This document shows positions 9,105-19,061 of a DNA stretch of 64,000 nt, piece by piece; the stretch's first letter is position 1; the number at the start of each line of letters is the position of its first letter. Position numbers and translations under genes: made by a program. Source of the stretch: a virus; the IMG/VR virus record IMGVR_UViG_3300002141_000156, positions 67,121-131,120 of that record; one strand, written 5' to 3'. The notes beneath the pieces are model-generated. The model was not told the DNA's origin. It saw only the letters and a program-made list of their open reading frames with translations, and made no database searches.

Positions 9105-11081
9105 ATGAAGGATATAATGTCAAATAGGGGTGCATTCACATCCCGTAAGATTTCCAGAATGAGCGGTGATGATGACGATACGAATAGTTCGATATGGACG
9201 ACCGTTCGCCTTCATAAATTACTAGATGAAATTGATAATGGTCTTGACGTTAAAGGATTACATAATTCTCCATTCAGAGATAATGATATTAATCTTAAAC
9301 GTGCAAATCTACCTTTTGAATATACACCAGGCGAATGGCAAGAACTTTCCAAATGTAAAGAAGATATTATTTACTTCGCATATAATTACTGTTTTATTCA
9401 AACACCAGATGGGGTCAAACTACTTAAAGATGCCGGCGGATTACGTGATTTCCAGGAACAGATCTTACTTTCGTTCCAAGGAAACAAATACAATATCTTA
9501 ATGGCAAGTCGTCAGATTGGTAAATCTGTGACTTCTGCAATCTTTATCCTGTGGTTTACTCTATTCCATGCAGAAAAAACTGCACTACTTGTTGCAGATA
9601 ATTTCACAACTACTCGAGAATTATTAGATAAGTTTAGAATTTCACTAGATAATCTTCCATTCTTTATGAAACCGGGTATTAAACATGTCAATACCGGTAA
9701 TATAAAGTTTGATAATGATAGTCGTGTTGTCGGTAGAACAACCACTAAAAAATCAGGTATTGGTTTAACGGTTAATGTGTTGTATATTGATGAGTTTGCA
9801 CATATTGACCAGGCAAAATTAGATGAATTCTATCGTACAATATTCCCAACTATTTCGGCTGACTCTAATTCAAAGATTATAATTACTTCTACCCCAAACG
9901 GTAAAAATAAATTCCATGATATTTGGGTTGATGCGATTGAAAATAGAAGTAATTATGTTGCACTTAGAGTTGACTGGTGGCAAGTACCTGGTCGTGATGA
10001 AAAATGGAAAGAAGACACAATTGCCGATATTGGTTCACTCGATGACTTTAACCAGGAGTACGGCCTTCAGTTTTTCTCATCTGATCAATTATTACTTGGG
10101 TCAAACGAACTTAAGAAATTAAACAATATTAGAGTAGATTATAAGAATTCTAATTTTGCGTTAGACGAGGATCGTATGTATATCAACGATTATCTAAAAC
10201 TGCATCCGCGATATGCAAAGCGCCAATTATCAGACTTTAAAAATGACTCAGCAAATTATCTATTCAGTATAGATACAGCAGATGGAGTCGGCGGTGACTA
10301 TTCAGTTTTAAATATCTACAAAGTAGTTGCGATGCCAGTTTCTGAACTCTTAAAGAAGAAGGATGCTGTTCGAAACGAATTAGATGCAATTTCACTAGTT
10401 CAGATTGGAATATTTAGAACGAATGAACTTGATGTTACTCAATTTGCAGCAGCAGCTGAATTTATAATATATCGAATATTTAATCCTAACAAAGTTAGGA
10501 TAGTCCTGGAGATGAATCACAAAGGTGAGATAGTTCACTCAAGATGTGTAGATAATTCTGAATACTGGACCGGTCAGTTTGTTCATACCAAACATACTGA
10601 AATGGCAGTTGTTCCAAAGATTGGATTACGACTTGGACCAACTAATAAAATAAAATATTGTGAAAGATTTAAACACCTAGTTACAATTAATAAGATTATT
10701 CCAAATGAATACTTAACTTTCATGGAACTGATGTCCTTTGGTAAAACTAAAGGCGGAGCATATCGTGGTCAAAATGGAAATGACGATTTAGCTATGACCT
10801 GCATAAATATTGCACCATTTTTTGACTCAACACAGTTCTGGGATATAGGAATTGAGACATTTGAAAATTCTTCAGCAGAATATCGTAAAGAGCTTGAAGA
10901 AAAAATATTTAACGTGTATCGTGAAAATAATAAAAAGAGTTTGTATAATTTTGATGAATTACGTCGATTAAACAGCACTCAGCATACATCTGGTGACGGA
11001 CCGAGAGTTCAGCCTAATGTGTTTGATATGGAATCCATGGAACACATGAAAAAAATAAAGGATAGATTTTTTAAAGATTAA
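9105..11081 (+). CDS. terL: Terminase large subunit (T4 gp17-like)
   Basis: Walker A ASRQIGKS, Walker B LYIDEFAH, IIITSTPNG coupling motif, FNQEY, nuclease IDTADGVGGDYS and NDDL. Confidence 0.95.
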   Translation: MKDIMSNRGAFTSRKISRMSGDDDDTNSSIWTTVRLHKLLDEIDNGLDVKGLHNSPFRDNDINLKRANLPFEYTPGEWQELSKCKEDIIYFAYNYCFIQTPDGVKLLKDAGGLRDFQEQILLSFQGNKYNILMASRQIGKSVTSAIFILWFTLFHAEKTALLVADNFTTTRELLDKFRISLDNLPFFMKPGIKHVNTGNIKFDNDSRVVGRTTTKKSGIGLTVNVLYIDEFAHIDQAKLDEFYRTIFPTISADSNSKIIITSTPNGKNKFHDIWVDAIENRSNYVALRVDWWQVPGRDEKWKEDTIADIGSLDDFNQEYGLQFFSSDQLLLGSNELKKLNNIRVDYKNSNFALDEDRMYINDYLKLHPRYAKRQLSDFKNDSANYLFSIDTADGVGGDYSVLNIYKVVAMPVSELLKKKDAVRNELDAISLVQIGIFRTNELDVTQFAAAAEFIIYRIFNPNKVRIVLEMNHKGEIVHSRCVDNSEYWTGQFVHTKHTEMAVVPKIGLRLGPTNKIKYCERFKHLVTINKIIPNEYLTFMELMSFGKTKGGAYRGQNGNDDLAMTCINIAPFFDSTQFWDIGIETFENSSAEYRKELEEKIFNVYRENNKKSLYNFDELRRLNSTQHTSGDGPRVQPNVFDMESMEHMKKIKDRFFKD

Positions 11082-11122
11082 ATACAATATAGTATTATAG
11101 AATAACCTTAATAAGATAAACG

Positions 11123-11431
11123 ATGGCATCCCTTAAATTTAATGGCGACATTACGCTTGAAGAAATTTTTAATCTTCATCAAATTACTATTTATGATAAC
11201 GTTGTAGACGCAATAAGCGCGAATTATAAAGACACGTCAATTAATGAAATCAAAATAGTTAGCATTACACTTAATAATATTGAGTATAATATTAATTTAA
11301 GCCGCTCTAAATATATTAGCGGTCTTGAGAATGCGATAATTTTCTATGAAAAGTCAGAAACATATGAAAAATGTCAGTTGTGTTTAAATATAATTAACGA
11401 GTTAAAAAATAAAGCCGAGGTAATAAAATAA
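11123..11431 (+). CDS. Hypothetical protein with C-terminal UVR-like E.YEKC helix
   Basis: [17 protein letters not shown] motif. Confidence 0.55.
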   Translation: MASLKFNGDITLEEIFNLHQITIYDNVVDAISANYKDTSINEIKIVSITLNNIEYNINLSRSKYISGLENAIIFYEKSETYEKCQLCLNIINELKNKAEVIK

Positions 11432-11433
11432 AT

Positions 11434-12060
11434 ATGGGATATGACGAAATTAACAACAAAATTAATTTAAGAATAAAAGAAATTTCTGAAAAACTATTAA
11501 CCGATGCAATTACTGAAGTTGAGCGTAATGAGCTTGCTTCTCTAATTTATCCAAAATTAAAGTTTTTCGTTTGGAAGTTCTGTAAAAATGAATTTGATAC
11601 AGAAGAAGCATTACAATACAGTCTTAAGCGCATCTTTAAAAATGTTGCACAGTTTAAATTTGAAAAAGGTAGATTTACTACATGGATCTACACAATTACT
11701 CGAAATGAGACCCTGTATTACTTATATCATAAGAAAAAGCATACTCATCTTGATGTTGATTGTCTCTATCAGAAAATAGACAAAGCCGATGATTTTGAAA
11801 CAACTCACGCATATCATCTTGCTGTTGAAGAGATATATGCAAAAACCTTAGCTGAAATCTACAATATTGATGATGAGATGATGAAAAACATCGCAATCGA
11901 TAAGATGATAAAAAATAAAAAGGTTAAACAAATTGCAATGAATTATCAAATAAATGAAAATACTGTAAAGACCAAACTTCGTAAAATCAGAGTTGATATT
12001 AGAGAAGCAGTAATTAAAGATAATCCTGACCTTGAAGAAAAAATACGAACAATACTATGA
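11434..12060 (+). CDS. ECF/sigma-70-family RNA polymerase sigma factor
   Basis: Region 2 EEALQ....[23 protein letters not shown]; region 4 [23 protein letters not shown]. Confidence 0.85.
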   Translation: MGYDEINNKINLRIKEISEKLLTDAITEVERNELASLIYPKLKFFVWKFCKNEFDTEEALQYSLKRIFKNVAQFKFEKGRFTTWIYTITRNETLYYLYHKKKHTHLDVDCLYQKIDKADDFETTHAYHLAVEEIYAKTLAEIYNIDDEMMKNIAIDKMIKNKKVKQIAMNYQINENTVKTKLRKIRVDIREAVIKDNPDLEEKIRTIL

Positions 12061-12518
12061 TTCTAGACAAAATCCACCCAGTAAAAATCTTTAAAAGTCT
12101 TCAAGGATGCCTTGAAGACTTAGCACGATTTGCAAAGTATAAATTAATAATTGCTGAACTCCAACGGGATGGCAAATTAGATGCAATTGGACTTTCCGTT
12201 GATGTTGATTCAAATCTATATATTGGTGTAAATCTTAATCCTGAGTTACTGCTTTATTCAGAAACATCCTCTGAATCCGTTGAGCTTAAAATGATTAGTG
12301 ATCGAATGAAAAAATATACTGACTTCTTAACTAAGGAGGGAATACTTGATTCTGTTAGAGTTGAATATGATCGAATTAAAAATGAAGAGTATTATGGATA
12401 TGTTCTACAAATTACATTCGACTTTAAAAAGTATAAAAGACCAGCATTAGTATATGCTATTTCATACTTTTCAACCATTACACTAATTTTAATTGGCCTA
12501 GCACTCTGGCTATTTTAA
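12057..12518 (+). CDS. Hypothetical protein with C-terminal transmembrane helix
   Basis: ATGA overlap with the sigma gene; hydrophobic C-terminus. Confidence 0.6.
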   Translation: MILDKIHPVKIFKSLQGCLEDLARFAKYKLIIAELQRDGKLDAIGLSVDVDSNLYIGVNLNPELLLYSETSSESVELKMISDRMKKYTDFLTKEGILDSVRVEYDRIKNEEYYGYVLQITFDFKKYKRPALVYAISYFSTITLILIGLALWLF

Positions 12519-12554
12519 TACCTTCTAGTTAAATAAATAATAAAAAGAAACAAG

Positions 12555-12866
12555 ATGAATAAAACTTTCACCTTTTTAGACAAGTGGGCACATCGAATAA
12601 TGTTACCTCTTGTTATAATTATTTTTTTCAAAACCTGCACAACAAATAGTAGACTTGATAAAACCAACACTGATTTAACAAATAAGATTGAGTTAATGGA
12701 TTCAGCGATTATTTCTAAAATTATTATAGCTGCGGACATTCAAAAAATGTTAATAATTGAAGGATTGAAGGCTGAAAAGAGAATGATTCAGTCAACTGAC
12801 CGCAAAATACTTGATGTTAATCGACAATCTGAGATTGATAAAGAGCTTCAAAAATTAGAGAAATAA
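12555..12866 (+). CDS. Membrane-anchored coiled-coil protein
   Basis: N-terminal hydrophobic helix ending FKTC; late promoter at 12533. Confidence 0.6.
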   Translation: MNKTFTFLDKWAHRIMLPLVIIIFFKTCTTNSRLDKTNTDLTNKIELMDSAIISKIIIAADIQKMLIIEGLKAEKRMIQSTDRKILDVNRQSEIDKELQKLEK

Positions 12867-13582
12867 TGATAGAGTGGATCAAATCGAATAAACTTGGAGT
12901 TATTCGCGGAATGTTCTTAGTGCCAATTATCCTTGTGATGATTATCTCCATTTCCCATGTTATTAGCTGGTATGATCTTGCAAACCCAACAAGTTGGGCA
13001 ATATATCTTTCTATTGCAATTGAAATAGCGGCAATGTCTGCAATTTCTGCAGCATCTGTTCGAATCAGAGGATTCTCAGTCTGGTTCGTCTTCATTCTAG
13101 TAACATTTATACAATTTATAGGAAATATTTACTTCTGTTATTCAGATATTGATGTGACTACCAAGAATTTCAAAGACTGGTCAGATCTTACAGCACCAGT
13201 GTTTGACATGATTGGTGCAGATGTCTCGAATGCAATCGATCAACGTAGATGGTTAGCATTAATTGAAGGTGGATTACTTCCACTAATTTCACTTACGTGT
13301 TTGCATTTTTTTATTAAGTATGATGGAATAGATAATATTGAGCCAGCTAAACCAAAAGAAGTTGAAGAGACTGTATTTGAAAAAATTGTTGCTCCAGAAA
13401 AAGTTGAAGAAGTAAAAGTTGAAGTAGAAAAATCGATTCAGCCTAACACTACAACCCAACCTGTTGAGCCACCAGTTATACCGAGTACACCTATTCAAGT
13501 TCCTCGTCAAACTCTGGAGCCCAAGCAACGTCAGAAGATGGGCCTTAGCAATAAGATGAAAAAAATACTTGGAAAATTATGA
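12866..13582 (+). CDS. Multi-pass membrane protein
   Basis: About four hydrophobic helices followed by an E/P-rich tail. Confidence 0.65.
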   Translation: MIEWIKSNKLGVIRGMFLVPIILVMIISISHVISWYDLANPTSWAIYLSIAIEIAAMSAISAASVRIRGFSVWFVFILVTFIQFIGNIYFCYSDIDVTTKNFKDWSDLTAPVFDMIGADVSNAIDQRRWLALIEGGLLPLISLTCLHFFIKYDGIDNIEPAKPKEVEETVFEKIVAPEKVEEVKVEVEKSIQPNTTTQPVEPPVIPSTPIQVPRQTLEPKQRQKMGLSNKMKKILGKL

Positions 13583-14118
13583 CACTTGATAAATTAAATG
13601 CGGTATGCGACGATTGTGGCGGTTATGAAAACCAGCCAATCTTGCAACTATTTGGCGATAAATGCTTTCGAGTAGTCGACGGTAAAGCTACACATGGTGA
13701 GTTCTGCATCGGAGATTTTGCTTTTCCAGTGGATGGGTACACATGTATTGGTCTTAATGCTGAAATGAATGGCGGAGAAATTACAATCTTTGATAATCAA
13801 ACTGGAGTACTTTCACCAAGTAGCGAATTAGAAAGCGGTAAATTATATGCTAGAGGAGTAATGATTCGTATTATTTACCCAACATATGATACAAATGGTG
13901 AAACTATTGAATTGGTAAATAAATCAGTCAAAATATCTCTTGAAAATACTGATACCTTAACTGCTACCGAATATCCACTACATGATCTTTTTACGATCTT
14001 TACTAATCCGAAGTCAAATAAGGCAGAAGACTTAATAAATAAGATAAAGATCATTAATACTAACTTGCTATATAATGTTAGAGTATCTGCTCTAGTAATA
14101 TTTGGAAAGTCAATATAA
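13579..14118 (+). CDS. Hypothetical (probable structural) protein
   Basis: 179 aa ORF overlapping the upstream stop. Confidence 0.6.
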   Translation: MTLDKLNAVCDDCGGYENQPILQLFGDKCFRVVDGKATHGEFCIGDFAFPVDGYTCIGLNAEMNGGEITIFDNQTGVLSPSSELESGKLYARGVMIRIIYPTYDTNGETIELVNKSVKISLENTDTLTATEYPLHDLFTIFTNPKSNKAEDLINKIKIINTNLLYNVRVSALVIFGKSI

Positions 14119-14133
14119 AAAAATAAAAAGAAC

Positions 14134-14541
14134 ATGATGAATACTGGAGCAGAGTTAATTACCCTGGTAAATCAATTAAATTACGAACCTACTTTTATTA
14201 GTACAGATAAGCGTGCTCCAGCCGGCGCACCAACCACTATCGGTTATCAACAAATTGGAGAAGTTCAACAATATGGATTCGCAAAGGGTCCAGTATTTAA
14301 AGTAGAATTTGTTGATTTTGGAACAGTTACAACTCCTACTCATGTTAAAATTTGGGGAATTGATAATAAAGATTCAGATGCACCAATTTATCCAATTTCA
14401 TATCTTCTTAACTTTCCAACAATTACTGTATATCTAAAGAAATTTGATTTCTGTGATTCAACCGGAGCATCAGTTGCTCCAGACGCAGCAGACTATACAA
14501 TTGTTGGTTACAAAAAGAGAGGAATTCCAATTGCTTGGTAA
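14134..14541 (+). CDS. Hypothetical protein
   Basis: 135 aa ORF in operon context. Confidence 0.6.
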   Translation: MMNTGAELITLVNQLNYEPTFISTDKRAPAGAPTTIGYQQIGEVQQYGFAKGPVFKVEFVDFGTVTTPTHVKIWGIDNKDSDAPIYPISYLLNFPTITVYLKKFDFCDSTGASVAPDAADYTIVGYKKRGIPIAW

Positions 14542-15008
14542 TGGATAAACTTAATGAAAATAATATATCACCACTTGTTTCTCGAGGAGATTTTACTCGA
14601 GGTATTCCATTTTATGGAACCAAGGGAGATTTTAACTTCACAGTAGGTCGTAGTAAATTTACGCCAGGTATTTCAATATCCCAAAAAGCATTTGTTGACC
14701 TCTCAATCAAGGGAGACAAAGGATATACTGATTTTGATATTGCTGTTAGTAAATTAAAGCTATTTTATAAACCTGGAGACCGGATCAGAGGCGTTGTCGT
14801 AAACTCGATGCTTGACCATGAAACTGGAGTATTAGTTGTCGGAAAATTACACAAAATCGTTCCTGACTATACAAACAATTCAATACAAGTCTACATAAAG
14901 AATCCAAAAACTTTAGAAATACAGGAAGTTTATCCTGAAACAATTGAGCGGGTATATGAATCTACCTCTGCTCATGTAATGTCATTTTCACAATTCATCA
15001 ATTCATAA
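14541..15008 (+). CDS. Hypothetical protein with SH3/KOW-like domain and C-terminal CTS-like motif
   Basis: YKPGDRIRG; ends YESTSAHVMSFSQFINS; ATG at 14541 overlaps the upstream TAA. Confidence 0.55.
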   Translation: MDKLNENNISPLVSRGDFTRGIPFYGTKGDFNFTVGRSKFTPGISISQKAFVDLSIKGDKGYTDFDIAVSKLKLFYKPGDRIRGVVVNSMLDHETGVLVVGKLHKIVPDYTNNSIQVYIKNPKTLEIQEVYPETIERVYESTSAHVMSFSQFINS

Positions 15009-15093
15009 TTTTATCATACTTTTAATTAGCAAAAGCGACTGATTTTAGAACCAGTTGCTTTTTTGCATATATAAGATAAAAAAATATCACATA

Positions 15094-16101
15094 ATGAATA
15101 AAGTCAATCCAGAAGAAGCGGAGCGCTTCCTGAATGAACAAGATATTAAGTATGGAGTAAACAATGTCGCACCGACTGAAGTTAAACAGGAGGAACCAGT
15201 AAAGGTGATGAGTTTAGGTAAAGCATCAAGTCATCAAAACATGATTGAAATGTCGGCTGCCGAAGAGTCTCCATGGAAAATATTAAATCTTGAAAATCTA
15301 CCATCTCAAGGATTATTTTATCCAGAAAAGGCAGAGTTACTAATTAGGTCTGCAAAAACCAAAGAGATTCGGCACTGGTCAACAATTGATGAAACTGATC
15401 CAATCGATATTCGTGAAAAAATAAATTTTGTGCTTAATGCCTGCACTAAATTTAAGATCAAAGGCCAGATGATGTCGATGAACTTCAATGATTTTCTTGA
15501 AGTCGATAAATATCATATCCTATTTAGAATATACGAATTAACTTTTCCAAATCAGGAAAATAAGCTTTGGGCATATATTAAATGCTCAAACGAGCAATGT
15601 GGTCATGTAAATCAAACCCAGGTCACAAGTAAAAATCTATTGGGCTTCCATTTTCCAGAAGAAGTAATGAAATGGTACTCTCCAGAAGAGAAATGCTTTT
15701 CTATATCATCTGAAAAACTCGGAGATACGATTCAGCTTCACCTACCGACTCTTGGAATGTCTGCTAAATTTAAACAGAAACGACGCGATGAACAGGAGAA
15801 AAATATTGCACTAGACGATTCGTTCTATGCGCACGGTCCATACCTACTTCGTGATTGGAGAAAAATCGACCTTTCTATATTGAGCGAATTAAAAATGAGT
15901 TCACTTGACTGGAATGACACAAAATTTGTAGTTATCCATAAGTTCACCGATTTACTTGAAAAAGCTAGCCTAAATAAAGCGGCCAGCGTTTGCGAAAAAT
16001 GTAAAACACAAACGGAGAGCCATATTTTTTTGGGAGGAAGCTTCACTGTCAAAGATATTTTCATTATTTCAACTGGACTTAATGAACTTATTGGAGCTTA
16101 A
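15094..16101 (+). CDS. Baseplate hub assembly protein (T4 gp26-like)
   Basis: LPSQGLFY, IRS...KE, D..HILFRI, Cx4C and CEKC Zn-ribbons; ATG at 15094 preferred over TTG at 15055. Confidence 0.75.
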   Translation: MNKVNPEEAERFLNEQDIKYGVNNVAPTEVKQEEPVKVMSLGKASSHQNMIEMSAAEESPWKILNLENLPSQGLFYPEKAELLIRSAKTKEIRHWSTIDETDPIDIREKINFVLNACTKFKIKGQMMSMNFNDFLEVDKYHILFRIYELTFPNQENKLWAYIKCSNEQCGHVNQTQVTSKNLLGFHFPEEVMKWYSPEEKCFSISSEKLGDTIQLHLPTLGMSAKFKQKRRDEQEKNIALDDSFYAHGPYLLRDWRKIDLSILSELKMSSLDWNDTKFVVIHKFTDLLEKASLNKAASVCEKCKTQTESHIFLGGSFTVKDIFIISTGLNELIGA

Positions 16102-16291
16102 TGCTCGATTGGCGGTGCGGCTGGGTCAGTCCCTAGATACACTTTATAATTTAGAATACTTGGAATATTCACTACTGCTAAATATACTTAAAAAAGATAT
16201 TGAAGCGGCAAATGATACTATATCGCAGGAAACACAAGTCGCTGCTCAACCTATTCGTGTTAATTTACCAGACGGACTATCTCTAAAATAA
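16082..16291 (+). CDS. Small baseplate hub assembly partner
   Basis: N..L....G.SL.TL.NL...EY..LL pattern of the short ORF that follows gp26-like genes; overlaps its 3' end in the +1 frame. Confidence 0.55.
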   Translation: MNLLELNARLAVRLGQSLDTLYNLEYLEYSLLLNILKKDIEAANDTISQETQVAAQPIRVNLPDGLSLK

Positions 16292-16313
16292 ATAATAAAA
16301 AGAATAACTGTCC

Positions 16314-18017
16314 GTGTTAGAAAAGAAAAAAATATTTGTCGACTCCTTTAATAAAAAGGCTGAGGATCTAATCAAACAGTCAGATGAAAAGATTGCACAA
16401 TATGCTGCCGCTCGACAAAAAGCAATCAAATTAACTGACCCGATTTCGCTAAGTTTTTCTGATCCAAAGGTATCGTTCTCAACAGTTGGTGAATTATTTG
16501 CATGGGTATATCCTGAAGCTGGCGGATCAGAAAATATGCCCAGTGCATTTACTTCAGTAATTCTTGAAAATCTTGCTGGAAAGGACAGTCCAGGAAAAGC
16601 AGAATATAAAATATTACACAAGAATTTTTATGAGCCAATAAGTCAGTCTCGGTACATACAATTAAAGGAACTTGGCGGAGAAAAATGGTTCGATAGATTT
16701 ATGTCATCTGCTCTGTCTAAAATGGCCCAAGTCAAACAAAAAATATCTGACTATAAAACCGGTGCTGATTTTGAGACTGCGGTCGATGATCTGAGTGAAG
16801 GAATGCTTTTAGGAATTGATTTGCCTGGCGGATTAACTGCTCCACTATATGATGCATTTATTGAATCCGGTACTGCTAAACCAGAAACTCCAAGCTCTCC
16901 AGTAAATGCGACAGAAGCCGCAAAGCCTGCAGGATCTGCACCAATTAATGACACTGCAAACTCTGAGAAGTCTGCACCGGCATCAACTTTAAATCCAGAA
17001 AAATCAGTAACTGCTCCACTAGAAACAACCACCGGCACAGTTACTGCCGGCAAATCAGAATTGCCAAAAGAAGTTGGAAAGGGCCCAGAAACAGGTGCGC
17101 CTGTAGTTGTAGTAAATGTTGAATCTGCAGTTGTAGTAAATGTTGAATCTGCTGCACCAAACTTACTGGCATCGCCGGCACCAGCTGCGGCTGCTGCACC
17201 ATCCATGCCGACCGTCGCTTCGAGCCCAGTAAATTCATCAAAGGAAACAGTAACAAATAACGTAACCAATAATAATACCTCTGCTGAAAAGAATACGACA
17301 TCGCCGATTGTTGCAGGTGATGCTATTAAAAAAGTTATTGAACCTACCTCAAAAACTACAAATAAAACTAAAGTTACTGGGTCAATAATTAATAATTTAT
17401 CAGAAAGCGATGCACAGCTACTTAAGAATTTTATTGAAGGTGATTCGAATCCAATAACTTCTGCTACAAATTCATCAGTTTCAAATACAACTACTTCTGC
17501 TACAAATTCATCAGTTTCAAATACAACGACTTCTGCTACAAATTCATCAGTTAATGAGATAACCCCAAAAGAAGAAAAAATTATTGAAAAAAGTAGTGAA
17601 TCTAACGCATATGGTGATATTATTGATATTAATAATATTAGCTCAGGTGATGCAGAACTACTTAAGAAGTATGCTGGGTTTGATGTAAATTCTCCTAAGA
17701 AAGATGCTGGAGATAAAACTGGATCGACTGAAGTTGTTAAAACAAAACCAGCATTACCTGCAGTGAAGACACCAGAAGTAAAAGCTCCATTGCCTGCTGA
17801 GCCGATCGATAAAAAGACCGAGCCTGTTACTGCAAAGGAAGTAAAATCTGAATCTTCTGAAACTGAAAGCCCAGCAACACCTGCAAGTATGCCTACTGAA
17901 TATGCTGCTGAACAAACCTCGACTCAAGCATCAATGAATACTGAAGACATTGAGGCTCGCCTGGCTAGAATAGAATATCTGTTGAGTGGAACACTTGACG
18001 TAAAAATAGTTGACTAA
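16314..18017 (+). CDS. Low-complexity A/P/S/T-rich protein in a tape-measure-like position
   Basis: 567 aa, GTG start after late promoter at 16288; internal tandem repeats; C-terminal IEARLARIEYLLSG.L.V. Confidence 0.55.
   Translation: MLEKKKIFVDSFNKKAEDLIKQSDEKIAQYAAARQKAIKLTDPISLSFSDPKVSFSTVGELFAWVYPEAGGSENMPSAFTSVILENLAGKDSPGKAEYKILHKNFYEPISQSRYIQLKELGGEKWFDRFMSSALSKMAQVKQKISDYKTGADFETAVDDLSEGMLLGIDLPGGLTAPLYDAFIESGTAKPETPSSPVNATEAAKPAGSAPINDTANSEKSAPASTLNPEKSVTAPLETTTGTVTAGKSELPKEVGKGPETGAPVVVVNVESAVVVNVESAAPNLLASPAPAAAAAPSMPTVASSPVNSSKETVTNNVTNNNTSAEKNTTSPIVAGDAIKKVIEPTSKTTNKTKVTGSIINNLSESDAQLLKNFIEGDSNPITSATNSSVSNTTTSATNSSVSNTTTSATNSSVNEITPKEEKIIEKSSESNAYGDIIDINNISSGDAELLKKYAGFDVNSPKKDAGDKTGSTEVVKTKPALPAVKTPEVKAPLPAEPIDKKTEPVTAKEVKSESSETESPATPASMPTEYAAEQTSTQASMNTEDIEARLARIEYLLSGTLDVKIVD
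17457..17552 (+). repeat. 36-bp in-frame tandem repeat (TSATNSSVSNTT, about 2.7 copies)
   Basis: acttctgctacaaattcatcagtt occurs three times at 36-bp period; a 24-bp duplication (VVVNVESA x2) also lies near 17106-17153. Confidence 0.85.
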
Positions 18018-18256
18018 TGATACCACACCACAATAATGAATTAAGACTTGTGTATTCAACATACGGTCGAATACACGAAGAAATAGCTGAACTTAATCGG
18101 ATGGCACAGGATCTTGTAAATAGGCAAGCTGTGCTTAGCCAAGAATTAGAGTATACTCGAAAGGCTGAAAAAATCGTAATAAATAAGATAGAAGCAGAGT
18201 TAGATCGGACTCTTACGCAAGACGATCTTCTTAAAATAATACAAAACAATGAATAA
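18017..18256 (+). CDS. Hypothetical coiled-coil protein
   Basis: 79 aa, translationally coupled to both neighbours. Confidence 0.55.
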   Translation: MIPHHNNELRLVYSTYGRIHEEIAELNRMAQDLVNRQAVLSQELEYTRKAEKIVINKIEAELDRTLTQDDLLKIIQNNE

Positions 18257-19058
18257 AGGCCAGATTATAAATAAAGACAGGTTTTACCTAATTTCCATTG
18301 GAATCCTTATTCTATTATTAATTTTTTTGGCATGGAGACTAGAAGGAATTCGTCAGAATTCAATTGAACAGTCTGATGAATTAAAGCGTTCAATTATTGC
18401 ATCAAATGTTTTAATAAAGGAATCTGAGGGTAGCTATTCTAAATTAGTCGATTATTACAAAAGTGAAAAAGATCTAACTACTGAATTAAAAAATTCAAAT
18501 AAAGATCTGTATAATGCAGTTAAGTCACAAGGCGAAAAAATATTAAGTCTAACATCAACTGTCATTTCACTTAAAGGCTCAGTTGAGGAAGGATTTGGTA
18601 AATTTAATCCAACTGATTCTAATCAAATTGATATTGCACTTAGATATCCAGCAGAAAAGGACCCATTTATTAAGTGGGACGGATTTGTAAATAAAAAAAC
18701 AGCTGCATATCGCGGTAACTGGTCATTTGGTAAATTACCAATACAGATTGTTGTTACCGAAGAGGCGACTGGTTTATGGAAGCATCGAGTGGTTGGTCCT
18801 GACTGGTTACTAATAGATTCACTTCAAGTAAATAGTCTACCTCCAGATAAATATGTGCCAACTATTGATCGCACATTTCAACTTATTATTGGAGGAAATT
18901 ATATGAAGCCAATAATTTCAAATAAGTTTGGATGTATTGGAATTGGAGTCGGCCTAAGTATTGCAAGCAAACATAATATAATATTTAGTGCAAATACTAA
19001 CCAGGAAATAGGCATTGGTTATTACTATAAATTAAAAGCACTCAAAAGAAACAAATAA
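18249..19058 (+). CDS. Membrane-anchored coiled-coil protein with beta-rich C-terminus (spanin-like candidate)
   Basis: N-terminal TM helix, coiled coil, C-terminal GIGVGLSI...GIGYYYKL alternating beta pattern. Confidence 0.45.
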   Translation: MNKGQIINKDRFYLISIGILILLLIFLAWRLEGIRQNSIEQSDELKRSIIASNVLIKESEGSYSKLVDYYKSEKDLTTELKNSNKDLYNAVKSQGEKILSLTSTVISLKGSVEEGFGKFNPTDSNQIDIALRYPAEKDPFIKWDGFVNKKTAAYRGNWSFGKLPIQIVVTEEATGLWKHRVVGPDWLLIDSLQVNSLPPDKYVPTIDRTFQLIIGGNYMKPIISNKFGCIGIGVGLSIASKHNIIFSANTNQEIGIGYYYKLKALKRNK

Positions 19059-19061
19059 GAA

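Noticed and set aside
9105-11081. Intron or intein in TerL
   Set aside because: ORF is continuous at 658 aa with all motifs in order and no intein or homing-endonuclease signature
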